This document shows, piece after piece, positions 49,984 through 63,014 of a stretch of 64,000 nt of DNA. The DNA is from Squalus acanthias (taxonomy: Eukaryota). The stretch is taken from contig CM059431.1 of NCBI GenBank assembly GCA_030390025.1, positions 124,374,001-124,438,000 of the forward strand. Reading direction: 5' to 3'. The notes beneath the pieces were generated by a model. It was not told the DNA's origin. It ran no database searches and worked only from the letters and a program-made list of their open reading frames with translations. The number at the start of each line of letters is the position of its first letter. Within the stretch, counting starts at the first letter, position 1. The position numbers and the translations under genes were made by a program.

Positions 49984-50677
49984 GGCCCGGATATTCCGAT
50001 CCCTACGGGTGTGTACACGGTTTCAGGCATGCACAGCGCATGCGCTGAAAACCGGCAGATCAGATGCCTGCCCTGGAGAAGGGCCTCTGCGGGTGGATAG
50101 TTCCGCTTTCTGGAGACCCTCCGCCCGCAGAAAACCCTTAGAATTCTTACACCTGGTGAAAACAGGCGAAAGGCCTGCTTTTACCAGGATAAGAGTTGTA
50201 AAAAGTAAAAAAAAAAAATTTCACTCATTTATCATTTAAAAATACTTTCAAAAAAGCTAAGTTTATTTTTAGCCCCATAAAAAAACTTTAATTATTTTTT
50301 TCAAAAAATAAAATTTTTGTTTGAAATATTTAATTTATTGTAATTTCAACTAATTTTAAAAATGTGATTTAAAAAAAAATGTATTTAATGTTTTAAAGTG
50401 TTTTTGGGGTGATCTCCATTCATATATTTAACAGGTCCATCTGTCAAGTGTATGAAGGGGAATTCCCTTCTCCTATTGGCTCCCCATGGCCCACAGGATC
50501 CCAGGGATGCTTGCAAACCGCATGCGCCCCTGGGATACGTGGGCCCTGCGCACTTGGAGTTGGAGAGGCCCAGCATCGGAATTATACGCACCTCGGGAGC
50601 CCTCAGGTAAGTGCATAGATTTTTTCCAGATCGGAGGCCTCTGCACGCGGGAAGCCTCCGATCAGAAAATACAGCCC
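49984..50677. mobile_element. Harbinger-type MITE (694 bp), related to 48915-49677
   Basis: TIRs GGCCCGGATATTCCGATC and GATCAGAAAATACAGCCC. AAT on both flanks. Shared core attttaaaaatgtgatttaaaaaaaaatgtattt. Confidence 0.85.
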
Positions 50678-51759
50678 AATATTCCTTTACTACTACCCAT
50701 AGGCACTATGGATAAACCTATGTAATCTTGCTTTCCCTTACACACGTCCATCATCTACATATTTGGTCCATAGGAATAAAAGGCATGCATATCAAATTAT
50801 CTGATGCATTGAGCCATGCAGATATGTCAAAGCTTTCTAAACAAATTCTGGAAGCAGTAAGTGTTCACTGATCGCTTATTACTCTTAAAGTCCTTAGCAT
50901 TCAACCAAATGGTACAAGTAAAGCATGGATGTCATTCAAACTACTCATGAACTAATTATCGGTTACTTACATATTTGTGGCCTGTTGAATCTCATGTAAT
51001 AAAATATGAATGTTTTATTTGTCTAAGCAATAAGAGTCCCAGAATCCCAAACATGGGCTGCAGTGGTCCATCCTTATCCACACACATCATAGTTCCATTA
51101 TTTCTGTATCAAAGTCACTTCAAGTAAATCTTTACTAGGGATTTTGAGACTCTGCTGAGAATTATGATGTGAATTTTGTAAATGCAGAAATATAAGCAGG
51201 TTCCTTAAAGCCATGTTAATATGTGTGGTGCCAAAAAGATACATTTTTACCTTTAGCATTCATATTATGTATCTGTTCTTGTAGGGCCGATTAGTTTCCA
51301 TGGAAACTGCATTGCTTTAAGTGAACACAATAGTTTGTGTGTGAACTATATTTCCACACAAATTATACTGGATTTCAAGAAAAGCATACATGCTTGTGTA
51401 TGCATTACACCAGAATGCCCATGAACTTTGTTGATTTGTGTGAATGATATGGGTTTGTCCTGGAATCAGATTGGTTTACACAAGCAAAAAAAAGCCCTCT
51501 ATTTAACAGAGCACATACTACATTCCAGCATGAGCGAGAGAACAGAACCAGGTCATCCAAGTCAGAGCTACGTTTCTCAGCTACACAGCAAGTGCTTTAA
51601 TCTGCCCTTAGCACATGGACTCTGTTGAATGAAAGCTGCCCCCATTTCTGTTGGCATGCGAACAATGGTTTACTCGTAGCACATTCTTGGAGCTGAAATC
51701 CCTTACAACTAACATACAATTCAGTAGCCAATCAGAAAAAAAAACTATGGTAATGATGC

Positions 51760-52310
51760 TGAATCACCTGTTAACCCCTCAAAGTGCTATAGGTAACATA
51801 CAGTGCATTAGTCCAGCTAAGGAGTGCACAAATTTACAAGTATGATACAAGAACTGAGAGGTGATAACTATCAGGAAGGACTGAACAGGCTGGGGCCCTT
51901 TTCTCTAGAAATGTGGGATGACCTAACGGAGGTCCTTAAAATTATGAAGGGGTTTAATAGAGTAGGCACAGAGCAGATATGTCCACTTGTGGGGCAGTCC
52001 AAAATTAGCAGTCATAAATATAAGATAGTCACTAATAAATCCAATAATGGATTTCGAAGAAACGACTCTTCCCAGAGAGTGGTTAGAATGTGGAACTCAC
52101 TACCACATGGAGTAGTTGAGGTGAATAGCATAGATGCATTTAAGGGGAAGCTAGATAAGTACATTAAGGAGTAAGGAATAAAAGGATATGCTAATAGGTT
52201 AGATGAAGAAGGGTGGGAGGAGGCTCGTGTGGAGCATAAATACCAGCATAGACCAGTTGGGCAGAATGGCCTGTTTCTGTGCTGTAAATTCTATGCAATT
52301 CTATGTAAAA
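51760..52310 (+). mobile_element. Old CR1-clade LINE 3' fragment
   Basis: ORF 51824..52174 has QRVVRMWNSLP..FKGKLDKY. Tail attctatgcaattctatgtaa. Confidence 0.85.
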
Positions 52311-52344
52311 TTGGAGTGTAGATAAGAGGAGTAAGGTGCAGAAA

Positions 52345-52520
52345 GGCCCTCTCACCTCTGAGTCAGAAGGACGTGGATTCAAGTCCCACTCCAGAGACTT
52401 GAGCACAAAATCTAGGCTGACACCCCAGTGCAGTACTGAGGGAGTGCTGCATTGTTGGAGGTGCCGTCTTTCAGATGAATCATTAACCCAAGGCCCCGTC
52501 TGCTTTCTCAGGTGGACACA
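52345..52520 (+). mobile_element. DeuSINE/SacSINE1-like SINE 5' part
   Basis: tRNA-like head (ctctgagtcagaagg..ggattcaagtcccac) followed by cagtgcagtactgagggagtgctgc..ggaggtgccgtctttc. Confidence 0.75.
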
Positions 52521-53065
52521 ACCCAGGAGTAAGCAGAGAGTCTGGCAGAAAGAGAAATCAATTATCTATGGGGTTAGTACAGTCTTCACAACCCTCCATG
52601 CTCGAAAGTCAAATGCTTGCACCTCAATTATTAAACATTGGAAGAGTGGAACTGAGAGCAGGCTTCTAGACATGAATAAATTTACACAAAGACTGTGAAC
52701 CAAGAGAGAAAACACAAAATGGGAGAATTTCCATGCTGTTTTTCAGGTACTCACCATGCAGGAACACCGCAGGAATTTTTTTCAGTGAGGAAATTAAGGT
52801 GAAGCCGTCTCTGCCACTTGTGCATCTTTAAAACGCTTCCCTGGCGTTTCTTTGTACTTTCAGGCCTTTCCATGAGCTGCATGCTGAGTCCCCACTGGTC
52901 TCATTAGCATCTGTCAAAGTGAGAACCAGTGATGTGCCAGCTGCGAGTTTCCTGATTTTACACTGGTCTTATACTCTGGGCAAATTAGGCTGAAATGTAT
53001 TTGGCGCATCATCTGCCAAGGCGGAGGTGAGGGATTTGTGAGAATGATGAGTCTGTACATTTATA

Positions 53066-53470
53066 CAAAAGCAAAAAACTGCAGATGCTGAAAATCTGAA
53101 ATAAAAACAGAAAATGCTGGAAATACTCAGCAGGTCAGGCAGCAACTGTGGAGAGAGAAACAGAGTTAACATTTCAGGTCAATGACCTTTTGTCAGAACT
53201 GGAAAAAGTTAGAGATGTAACAGGTTTTAAGCAAGTGCAGGGGCAGGGAAAGGGGGGAGGGGAGGAAAGAACAAAAGGGGAGGTCTGTGATAGGGTGGAA
53301 GGCAGGAGTGATTAAATGACAAAAGGGATGATTGTACAAAGCAAACGGAGATGGTAATGGGACAAGTAAAGAAGCAAGAGATAGGTCGAGATGACGTGTA
53401 AATGGGAATGGCAGAATCACCAACAGCTGCCATTTGAAAAAATAGGAGCTGAGGTTATGGTCTGAAATTT
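53066..53470 (-). mobile_element. Penelope-like element 3' fragment with a decayed hammerhead motif (53164-53200)
   Basis: Inverted homolog of 46585-46978. Confidence 0.85.
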
Positions 53471-53769
53471 GGTCTATACATTTATTACTGTGTTTTCTAT
53501 GGCTTGTAAATGCTTTTTGAATCTTTGTTTTGCATTTTTTTCCATAAAGATCTGCATTGGCTTCTGTCTGCCTCTCACAGGGTCAGCCCATCACCGCAAG
53601 ATTTTCGGATCCTCCATACCTGCAATTGGGGCATCTGAGGGGTAGGTATGGCTTTCGCTATGGACATACCACTGTATGCCATGATTATGGAAGAGGAGGA
53701 GCAGCACTGCATAAAGCTAAGGAGAGTCGGGCACCATTTAAGGAGGATGTAGCCCACTAGGAATTACCT

Positions 53770-54580
53770 CCCAAGCCCCCCTGCCCCCAACAAAGAATAT
53801 ACAAGCAGCACAGGTCATTGAAGACCTCTCTGCATAAGAAAAATGTGATTCATCAAAAATGCAATAGGGTATCTCTGTGATCTGTTGCAGAAAAACCTGA
53901 AATCACACTCATGTACCCGCAGTGGTCCCTCAGTGACTATGAAGGTGACTATTCGCCTCAAAATCTATGGGTCCGGTTCATTTCAGGCAGCCACGGGAAC
54001 AGAATGGGCATGCATTTAGGTCACTAACATGTTTTACAGCAGAGCAGCCCAATACTTAAGCTTTGGCATCACAGCAAGGCAGCAGAGAGATTGAGCCATA
54101 CACCTTTATAGGGTAACTGCTTCCCCAAGGTCCAGCGTGCAATTGGTGGCACCCACATTGTATTGAGAGCACCTAGAGCACACTCAGTCATCTATCTGAA
54201 CAGGAAGGGATTGCGCACCACTACTCCTATGTTTAATTACCCCAATCATTGTGCTCTGAACAGCATCAAAGGTACATACAGCTACCAGACAGGCAATTGA
54301 GAGGATGATTGGGAGTTGAAACAAAACCTCTGCTGCCTGGAAAGGTCAGTATGGTCCAGATCAGGTGTCCAGAATAGTGATAGCATGCTGTGCCCTTCAG
54401 AACTTGACCATTCAAGAATCCTTATGCCTTGATATGGCTGACGAGGAGGCCCTTGCTATAATGAATCCAGAACTACATGGATCAGATCATCAGGATGATG
54501 TATACTCAAAGGAATCCTCGCTGACTGCTGCCAGGGGCTTCAGAGGACAAATCCTCTTGGAAGTGTTCCCCTCTGCCTAA
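53770..54580 (+). pseudogene. Highly decayed Harbinger transposase
   Basis: Relics KVT..YGSGSFQAATG, FPKVQRAIGGTHI, YLNRKG and VSRIVIACCALQNL. Confidence 0.8.
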
Positions 54581-57500
54581 CTCAGTCTACATTGGACACC
54601 ACAGCCTGATCTTCTTCTTCCCCAGGTTCAACTAAAAGCATTCCCTCAATCACTACCCATTCTACCCCATGACAACACAGCAGCTCTCTTTGCCCTGACA
54701 TGGCGTTTGTGTGAATAAGTCAGAACCAAATGAGTGCACCCTTTCCTGTATGATTGTAATCTCCTTGAATAACAAAGCACCATGTCTGTGCACAGTCAAC
54801 TTTAATATTGACTCAGAAATTGCTGGAATGGTGCATCTCGCAGTGAGCGACGTGAACTGGACTTTTTACCTCATACTTCAGACCGCACTATATTTGCACC
54901 ACAAATTGCTGGCAATGTGGATTGATAACAGCGCAGCGATGTCAGCGTCACATCTGGGACCTCGTAAATGTTGTACCCAATGGTCTATCTCCATAACCAA
55001 TGAAATAAAAGGATAAAGCAAGAAACAGAGCGAACGATGGTGAAGAAAACAGAGTCAAATTAGAGCTAGAAACAGAAATAGAGTGGATTAAGAGAGAGAG
55101 AGAGGAAAGAGACAGAAAGGAAAAGTAAGAAAAAAAAGTTACACTTAAAATTTAAAAAAACCTCTAGGAATTTACTACCTGTGGGAGTGAGACTCCACAG
55201 TTTCATTATTCCCTTTTTGGGCCTCCAGGGTTGTCGTGACCATTAATCACACAGGTAGAAACTTGCAGGACATGTCCCAGGAGATGCAATGTGTTGGCTA
55301 AAGACCAGGATAGAGATGGTTCGTGAGCTGTAGAAAAACCAGCACCAATAGGCCGAATGGTCTATTGTTGTTGCATGCTTTTTACATTCTTATTTTTAGG
55401 ACTATTTGTACACATTGTGCTGGAGCTACAATAATGACTGTTAGCAGATGTATAGGTAAAAAATTGTAATCGTCAAAAGGCCACATTTTGCAGTCGCTGC
55501 CCATCTGGCTACATATAGGTACTATACTATACAACCATCATTGTTTTGAGCACTCATGTTCTTGTGCCTTTTCAGCTGCGTCAATTTTCCTCTGAAGTAT
55601 AGTTCAGCAAATTAAGGACACCACATTATATGGGAGTTAACCAAGAACTACTTCAGTTAATAAAAACTATTGCACATTCAAATGTACAATTTCTTGTCAC
55701 TTTTGACTGACAAAAAAGGATAAAGAACATAGTTTTCAGTTTTAAGTTGTCTACTCGCTGAAGTAATGTGATGCCAATTATTCATTCCAGTACCGTTCAC
55801 GGCAACTACACAATCCAGATCCACATGTTTTAACAACAAAGGGTTTTCCTTCTTATTTATGTGAACAACTAACTAGCAACAGAAAACCGATTGTATACCA
55901 GCATTAGGTACAGAATAGGTTGTTCAATAGATTGAAGGATTCATTATTTATTATTCAATCAAGAATCAATCCCCAAGCTCACATTTCTCTACTTTGGTGC
56001 ATCCATTAGTATTTAATAAGGATTGTTTAGGTTAATAAAATCACAATCACCAGTTTAGATGTTCTCAGCATCTCCATGTACAATACAGGCATTTGCTTAT
56101 TTTATTGTAAGATGGCAAGGACGTAACATCAGACACAGCTGGAAAAATTAAAAGAACAGGTTACAATTGTGAATTGACGAACCGTACTGCTTCATGTTTT
56201 TGGTCAAATTTTCCAATAGATTGTTGACTCATTCAAGTGGGTGATTTTCTTCAATGAGTGACATTATTAGACAACAGCTCTTCTAGGCGCCACGATTGAG
56301 TGTGATTAAAAATAGTAGCGATCAGATACTTTTGATCTTCGTGTACAATATCAAATGAATAAAGAAAATCACCAGTGCTCGCGAGGACATGAGAAGACTG
56401 TGGCCTAAGGAATTGGATCGCACCCGAATCGGCGCGATCCTGGTGCAACGCACACTGCACGTGCCTAATGAGGCCATGGCAATACCATGCAAAATTGGTG
56501 CGTTGGCCCCAGTTGTTTACTACCAGTGAGCTACAGGCGCAAGTCATGGCCCCAGTGGCAGCTCGTTGGTCCTGGGAAGAACGCTCGACGGGCTCGGACG
56601 CTGGCCGAGATGGTTAGTAGAGTTCAGGAGGGGATGGGGGTGTTGGTTGGCAATTGGGAAAGGAGAGAGTGATAGTCAGCAGCAGCCCGCAAATTTAATG
56701 TGGAGCTGGGGGGAGCGTTCCTGCTCTTCCCGGCTACACGATACGGTAAGTGAAAAAATTGAATTTACCTTTCTAGGTATATACAACTCATTACCTCCTT
56801 CTGTCTTTCTTTCCTCCGAAAATATTTAGATTTTTTTTAAAACAAGCTTGATGTTACCTCATCTTTGCTCCTATTCTTTTTAACCTTGGTGGTGGCCTAT
56901 CCTTGACCTTTCATCTTGGTTTTGTCAATTTACAAAATAACATTATTCTTATTCATGGAGCTTTATAATGTTAATTATCTCTGGGTTCACCTCTCACGGG
57001 GCAAATGTCAGCAAACCTCTTTTCCAGAGAGAAGTTATTTTAACTGAGGTTCTTATTAAGAAACTGCAGTGGGGAATACATTAAGTTAAGTGCCAACAAT
57101 AACCATAAAAATTACATTACTGTGGCTTCCTTTGCTAATCCTTAGAGCGGACCAACTAATTAGCAAATAGTACAATGCCCATCCTCTGTACCCTTATTAG
57201 AAATGCATGAATAATATTCTCAGGTTGTCATACCTCTCCAGCTCACACATTACACTATATCAATTTAAAATTATATCAGAAGAATATACTTCACACATGT
57301 GTAGTAATTATTAAGAGGGAAAATAATGAAAAGAACTGTAGTTGAGCATCAGATCCTGGCAATTGCTGTGGCCTTTCACTTTTGGTATTCCATATTTGCA
57401 GCATATATAATTTGTACAAGGTCCAGGCCACATAAGGAGCTGGCAAATGAAGTGGTTATACCTCTTAAAAGGCTGAGTAGTATTTAATTGGCTTCAGCAG

Positions 57501-59231
57501 CCATTTAACCATCTGGAATTTCAACTGGGAGAGGAAGGCAGGGCAAGCCTGAAGAAAGTTGCCTTTCTGTGCTAAGTATGCACCCAAAATGCACATGAAA
57601 TTGGCTAGTTAGATTGCTGTTCAAATTTCCACTAAAATTCATCTGCATAATCACAAACGTAAAATCTTCCATGAACCAGTGGAATTGAGCAGCATAATAG
57701 AATGTAATTGTTACTCTTTATTTCTTTCAATTACAAAAGTATTCCTTAAAGTATTTAAGAGAGGTAACCTGGTGCAGTTTTACTAATACAAGTGAAAATG
57801 GGTTTATAAGCATTTTTAATAAGGGTGTCCAGCCCTCCACCTGTGAGTAACCTGATTTAAAATCACTGAAAATGACTTAAAAAAAACTATACTGAACCAT
57901 TTAACAGTTTCATTGGTGTACACTATTCAGTTTCTTAGTAAATTAAATATTTTTTGATATGAAAAACATTTAAAACGAGCCTAATGAGTGCCTGTGCACC
58001 TAAGAAAATGAACACAATTTGAAGAGCCTTCCCGAACCAGAGCAATTGGCATAAACTCGCAATTTCAACCTCGGAGCATTGTCAAGTTTTGTGGGCGGGG
58101 CCTCATCCGGGTGAATTGAATCTTGAACTACTGTAAAAAATCGCAAAAAACATGAACGTAAGTGGTTTTGGGCGTAACACACTTAACTTTAAAATTCCCC
58201 AATCTTTTGTGTTGGTTCGGCTGATTCCGCCCAGATCGCGCTGATATTACTAGCATAAATACGTGGAAACTCAACGCTAATATAGTCACTGAAATGGAAA
58301 TATATTGAGGAATGTATTACTTTTAATTATTTCCTCATTTTCTCCCCTCTACTGAAGACTGCCTCTTGCTGGAGTATACATCCACAGGTACTAGCAGCCC
58401 TATAATACCTTGCTCAATTGGCTTTTTTTCTTGTTTGAGCTTAGACAGTGAGTACCAGAAGGTATTCAATCAGAAAGATGTCATAGCTAAGTCAGATCCT
58501 GTACTCACATGTGCACACTTTCCAGTAGGGCCCACTAGACAGCAACCAGTAGCCAGAAATCCAATTCTGCTCCTAATTGATTTTCAGCATCAGAAAGCAG
58601 AGAATTTAACAACACCTGAAAAATTGCATCCAAGCTTTCCACAAGGAGGTTAGAGTCCATCTCCATCTTAATCCTGCAAAATATAATAGGCTCCTTTGAA
58701 ACTGGTATCAGAGAAAATCAAACTTTATTTAGTCAAGTAGAAGCCAAATAGGCAAAGATGGAATCATCGGTAATGGAGAGTCATATCTATTTTATACAGT
58801 AATATGGAGGACTTGGAAACCAGTCCTTGAATTTAAAGTTTTTTTTTACTTTACTCAAAAATACAGAGAAAGGAAATGTTTTTTATACTATTTGCTAGTT
58901 GTTACTAAAATTTAGATTTCTATGGGATGTATCAATCCACTTAATTGCGTATATATTCCTGAAAAAATAAATTAGGCCGTAACATATTAGCCAACCATCT
59001 GCTTTTGGAACAGATTCAACTGTTCCAGTCCCTATTTGTGCTGTTCATGCTGGTGCCAGCAAAGCAACTGATCGGGGCAACTGCCGAGTTCACCCCATAA
59101 TGCACTGGATGGGTTATCTCTTCTGCGCTCCCAAGGTTAGGAGCATGAGTGACGTAACACTGTTTGCCAAAATGTTGAGCACCAATCAGTTTGCAGTGAG
59201 TATAAGCAGCCTGCTACAACACCAAGCACAA

Positions 59232-61067
59232 GGGCCAAAAATGTGATTGTGCCCAAGCCGGGCGCATTCGCTGGGACCACGTGGAATTGGTGCTGCCAAC
59301 TCATTATCATGACTGAGGCCTGCAGTCAGGGCTACCCTCACTATTCATTGGTTCAGCATTTGTTTTTGGGGTGGAGGGTTGGGAAATCGAGCTTCACTGA
59401 CGTCACTTAAAGACACCAATCACCTCTGAAAGGGGAGGTGCACACTGACTGCACATAGCAGGAAACTTCACAAGTGGAAAAATGTCTCAAAATGTCAAGA
59501 GATGGCACCCAGGTTCTCTGATGCAGTGTTAGAGTCCCTGGTCCAGATGATGGACAGGAGGAGGGAGATATTGTTAACCCTGGGAGCCAGAAAGCCCTAC
59601 AGGCAACACACCCACCAGCAGTGGGAAGAGTTCGCTGAGGAGGTTAATACCAGGAGCTTATGTCCCAGCTCATAGCTGCAATGTAGAAAAAGTTTAATGA
59701 TGTCACCAGAGTTGTCAAGGTAAGCATCCTGCTCTCTTACTCTCTGCTCACACCCGCATCACCTGCCGCCTCACTACTCACAACACTCCCCTCACCCGCT
59801 TCCCGTCACTCTCCTACAATCACTGCACCACACTTCACTCCATCTCCTTCTCCTACGCACACACTCTGCACTTTGTACTCTCACCACTATTGCAACCCTC
59901 ACTTTCCCACATTTTTGAAGGCAAGACCCATAAGACTGTACTGAAGGACAACAATCAGATTGTGGTAGTAAGGATGGTGGTGATAAGGATTGCCCGACTG
60001 TAGCCAATGGTGATACACCTTGTAGGAGCACTAGGATAGGTAAACGAGCATACACTGCTGCCATGAAAGCTTAGATGGCTGCCATCTTGACTCTGGCAGC
60101 CAATGTTAACAGGAGCTTCCAGAGCGTTACATTACGCCTGCATTCTGTTTTTTGTCAGTGCAGTAGGAGTGCTGAGGCGCAGTTCCCAGGAAGTAGCCTT
60201 GTCTTGATGGGAGTGGCCAGGAAACCGGACACAGGCCTGGATGATGCGCTGCTTGTGGTCGCTAGCAAGCTGGACATTGAGGGAGTGGAATCCCTTTCTG
60301 TTTCAGAAAGTTGCCAGGCTGGTGATGGGAAGCATGCAAGGCAATGTTGGTGCAGTCTATGGTATCTTGCACCCTGGGGAAGCCTGAAATGTAGGCAAAG
60401 CCTAGTGCTCTCTCAACTTGCTTCGCTCTGTCCTTTGGGAAACTTATGCAGCTGTTCCTCCTGTCGTAGAGAGCCTCAGTGACCTCCTTGATATAACGGT
60501 GAACAGCAAACTGAGCGATTTCGCTGATGTCACCTGGTACAACATGGAATGACTCCATTTCATAAAAGTTAAGTGCCATGGTGACCTTGACAGCCTCAGG
60601 CAGTGCTGTCTATGCCCTGCTTTGAGCTCGAGATATGACTGCAGCAGGTGACATAACTCGCTGAAGACCCGCTGTGGGTATGGTCTCCATCCTCCTCCTC
60701 TTCTCCTGCTCTCTCCTGTCTTCTTGGCTGCTCCACCTTGTCATCCAGTCCAAAGGCAGATCCTCCAGACTACCCATGACTGCAGTAAAACTGTTGTTAA
60801 GGCAGACAAAAGCAGTCGAGCACCAGCAAAAAACTTTTTAGCAGAAGTCAGAAATCAGTTTAGAAGGCAGATAATAGGCAAAATAGCACCCAGAAGTTAA
60901 CCAGCAGCCTAAAAGGACAAACCAGCAACAAACCTGTATGAGCACAATCCAATATGGTGGGCGGCACACCTCTCGCGCGGAATGAGCATGCACACGCCCC
61001 CTGCTATATTGGATCCTTAGGCGGCCATTTTATATCAAAAAACCGGACACAGTGCGATTTCTGGGAC
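59232..61067 (+). mobile_element. Decayed, internally deleted Harbinger element
   Basis: Myb relic PRFSDAVLESLV..FNDVTRVVK|gtaagc at about 59482-59719. Transposase relic on - (ORF 60262..60579, GFPRVQDTIDCT). Diverged TIRs, possible AAG TSD. Confidence 0.75.
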
Positions 61068-62737
61068 AAGATTTCCACTTCACAACTCCAAGGCAGCAAA
61101 AATTAAGTAAAATAAGGTAATTATGCTCACTCAACCCACTTATTTGTCTGAATGTGTCTCCTTGTGCCACAATCTTTCAAAAGATTAATCCTTTCATCCC
61201 AATTCTTGGATGTAATATATGTCCCCTTAAACTGCATTCTTGTGAAGTGCGCAATAGTTCTCTCACAGGAAGAGGACTCCATTGCAGATAAGGTTATGAA
61301 AGGAAGGCAATGGATTTTTTTTAAATTGAACAAGGTAAAAATTACTTTTAAAATTCTGAGAAATTGCTGGTACAGTGATTAAACGAGATTGACTGGAGTC
61401 AACAAAGTGCAGGAAGGAACACTAAAGCAAATTCAGGACCAAAGCAATTCAGTAGAGCTTTTTTGCTCTCAGGAACATTATTTTTTTTCCTTCCTCTCTT
61501 TCATTATGGTCACGAGCACATTTAAGAAGGACTGAGCAGGAAACAGCTCCTAGGCCTTTCACAGAGACGCAAAAGAAGAGCTTGAGTGATATGGTGCTCT
61601 GCTGTACTGTTGAAAGTAATTGCATTTCAGATCTACTCAGATACACAATACTGCCCAAAATTCTGATCACTATTATGTTTTGTTAGTGTCTGATTATAGT
61701 TTTTTACTGTCAGGATAGGTGAGTTTCTATTGTCTGTAACAGAATCCAGTGAGTAACGTGTCAATTTTCCTTATTAGTGTTGGTGGACTGAGCAGTCTGA
61801 GAGAGGTTTATGTGTTAAACAACACAGCTCCCAGATCCTTACCCAGTCTGCTGTGTGATCAGCCTTTCACAGAGATGCAGAGGAGCAACCCAGTGACTCT
61901 CTAACATGCTGCTCCATATTAATCGCAGTGCAGCATCGAATTGATGTGGCATTACAAGGACTCATTGAGAATCACGCTAGATGATGTAAATCAGGCATAG
62001 GAACACCGGATACACTCAAGTGCAGCTCAGCTCTGCAGCTGTAACCCATGGGGTGGAGTCGTCACTGCTGCATTCAATAACCTGTCTGTCAGGATGAGCT
62101 AATAAACTCTGCAATATTTCATCAGTGAGCTTCTCAGAAAGGCCACCTCTTAAATTGGCAATAAATGCTTTAGCAGCCTGGATTCATTGAAATGGGAAAA
62201 GTTGGGAAGAGAAATGAATATGTCTGATCAGTTATACACATTCTCTACATCAGTCAGAGTGCTAAGTCTGAACGGCAGCCTGTGGCTTCCACCATGAGCT
62301 CTTGCTACCACTGCATTTTCAGTCTTGGATTCCAACGTTGCCACCTCTGGGAGCTTTTGTATCAAGCTATACAAGAAGGTGTACCTCTAACACCTTTGAA
62401 CCAGTCTTCACCGCCTCCTGTACTGACCACAAATTACACTCCAAACTGCCTGGTTTGCTGGTCAATAATTAAGGGAATAATATCAGAAAATGCTGGAAAT
62501 ACACAGAAGGTTGATCAGTATCTGAAAAGGCTAATGCTTTGGGTGTAGATCCTAAATCAGAACACTTTTACTAATGATACAAATGCTGGGATAGCCTGCT
62601 GCCAGTGCTGCTTCCTGTTTTCACTCTATCTCCAGAGAGACGGACAGACAAGACATGCATATCCCATAGCCAGGCAATTAAATGAGGCAAAGAGAGAAGG
62701 AGACACGAATGTCACTGACCATGGCAAGGGAAGAAAT

Positions 62738-63014
62738 GGTTGAGAGGGAAGAGGAGAAATATATTAGTGGCCATGACACCAGAAGAAATTCCCTGTTCTT
62801 CTTAGATTAGTGCCATGGGATCTTTTATATCCATCTGAGAGGGCAGACAGGGCCTTAGTATAACATCTCATCGAAAAGGCGGATGATTCAACATTCCTTC
62901 ATTACTGCATTGACATGTCAGCCTAGATTATATACTCACGTTCTGGTGTGGGGCTTGAGCCCACAACCTTTTTACTCAGAGGCAAGGGTGCTATCACTGA
63001 GCCAGGGCTAACAT
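62738..63014 (-). mobile_element. DeuSINE/SacSINE1-like SINE
   Basis: Minus strand has tggctcagtgatagcacc (A-box-like) and gggctcaagccccac (B-box-like), then a body homologous to 52345-52520. Confidence 0.75.

Noticed and set aside
54810..58300. Further TIR-like starts near 54810, 56402 and 58000 (also 2942, 52721, 63918)
   Set aside because: Probably more decayed MITEs, but I could not pair the ends or find TSDs.
61529..61885. Short shared blocks (ggactgagcag, acagctcc, gcctttcacagaga) about 300 bp apart
   Set aside because: Possibly an old local duplication, but too short and diverged to interpret.
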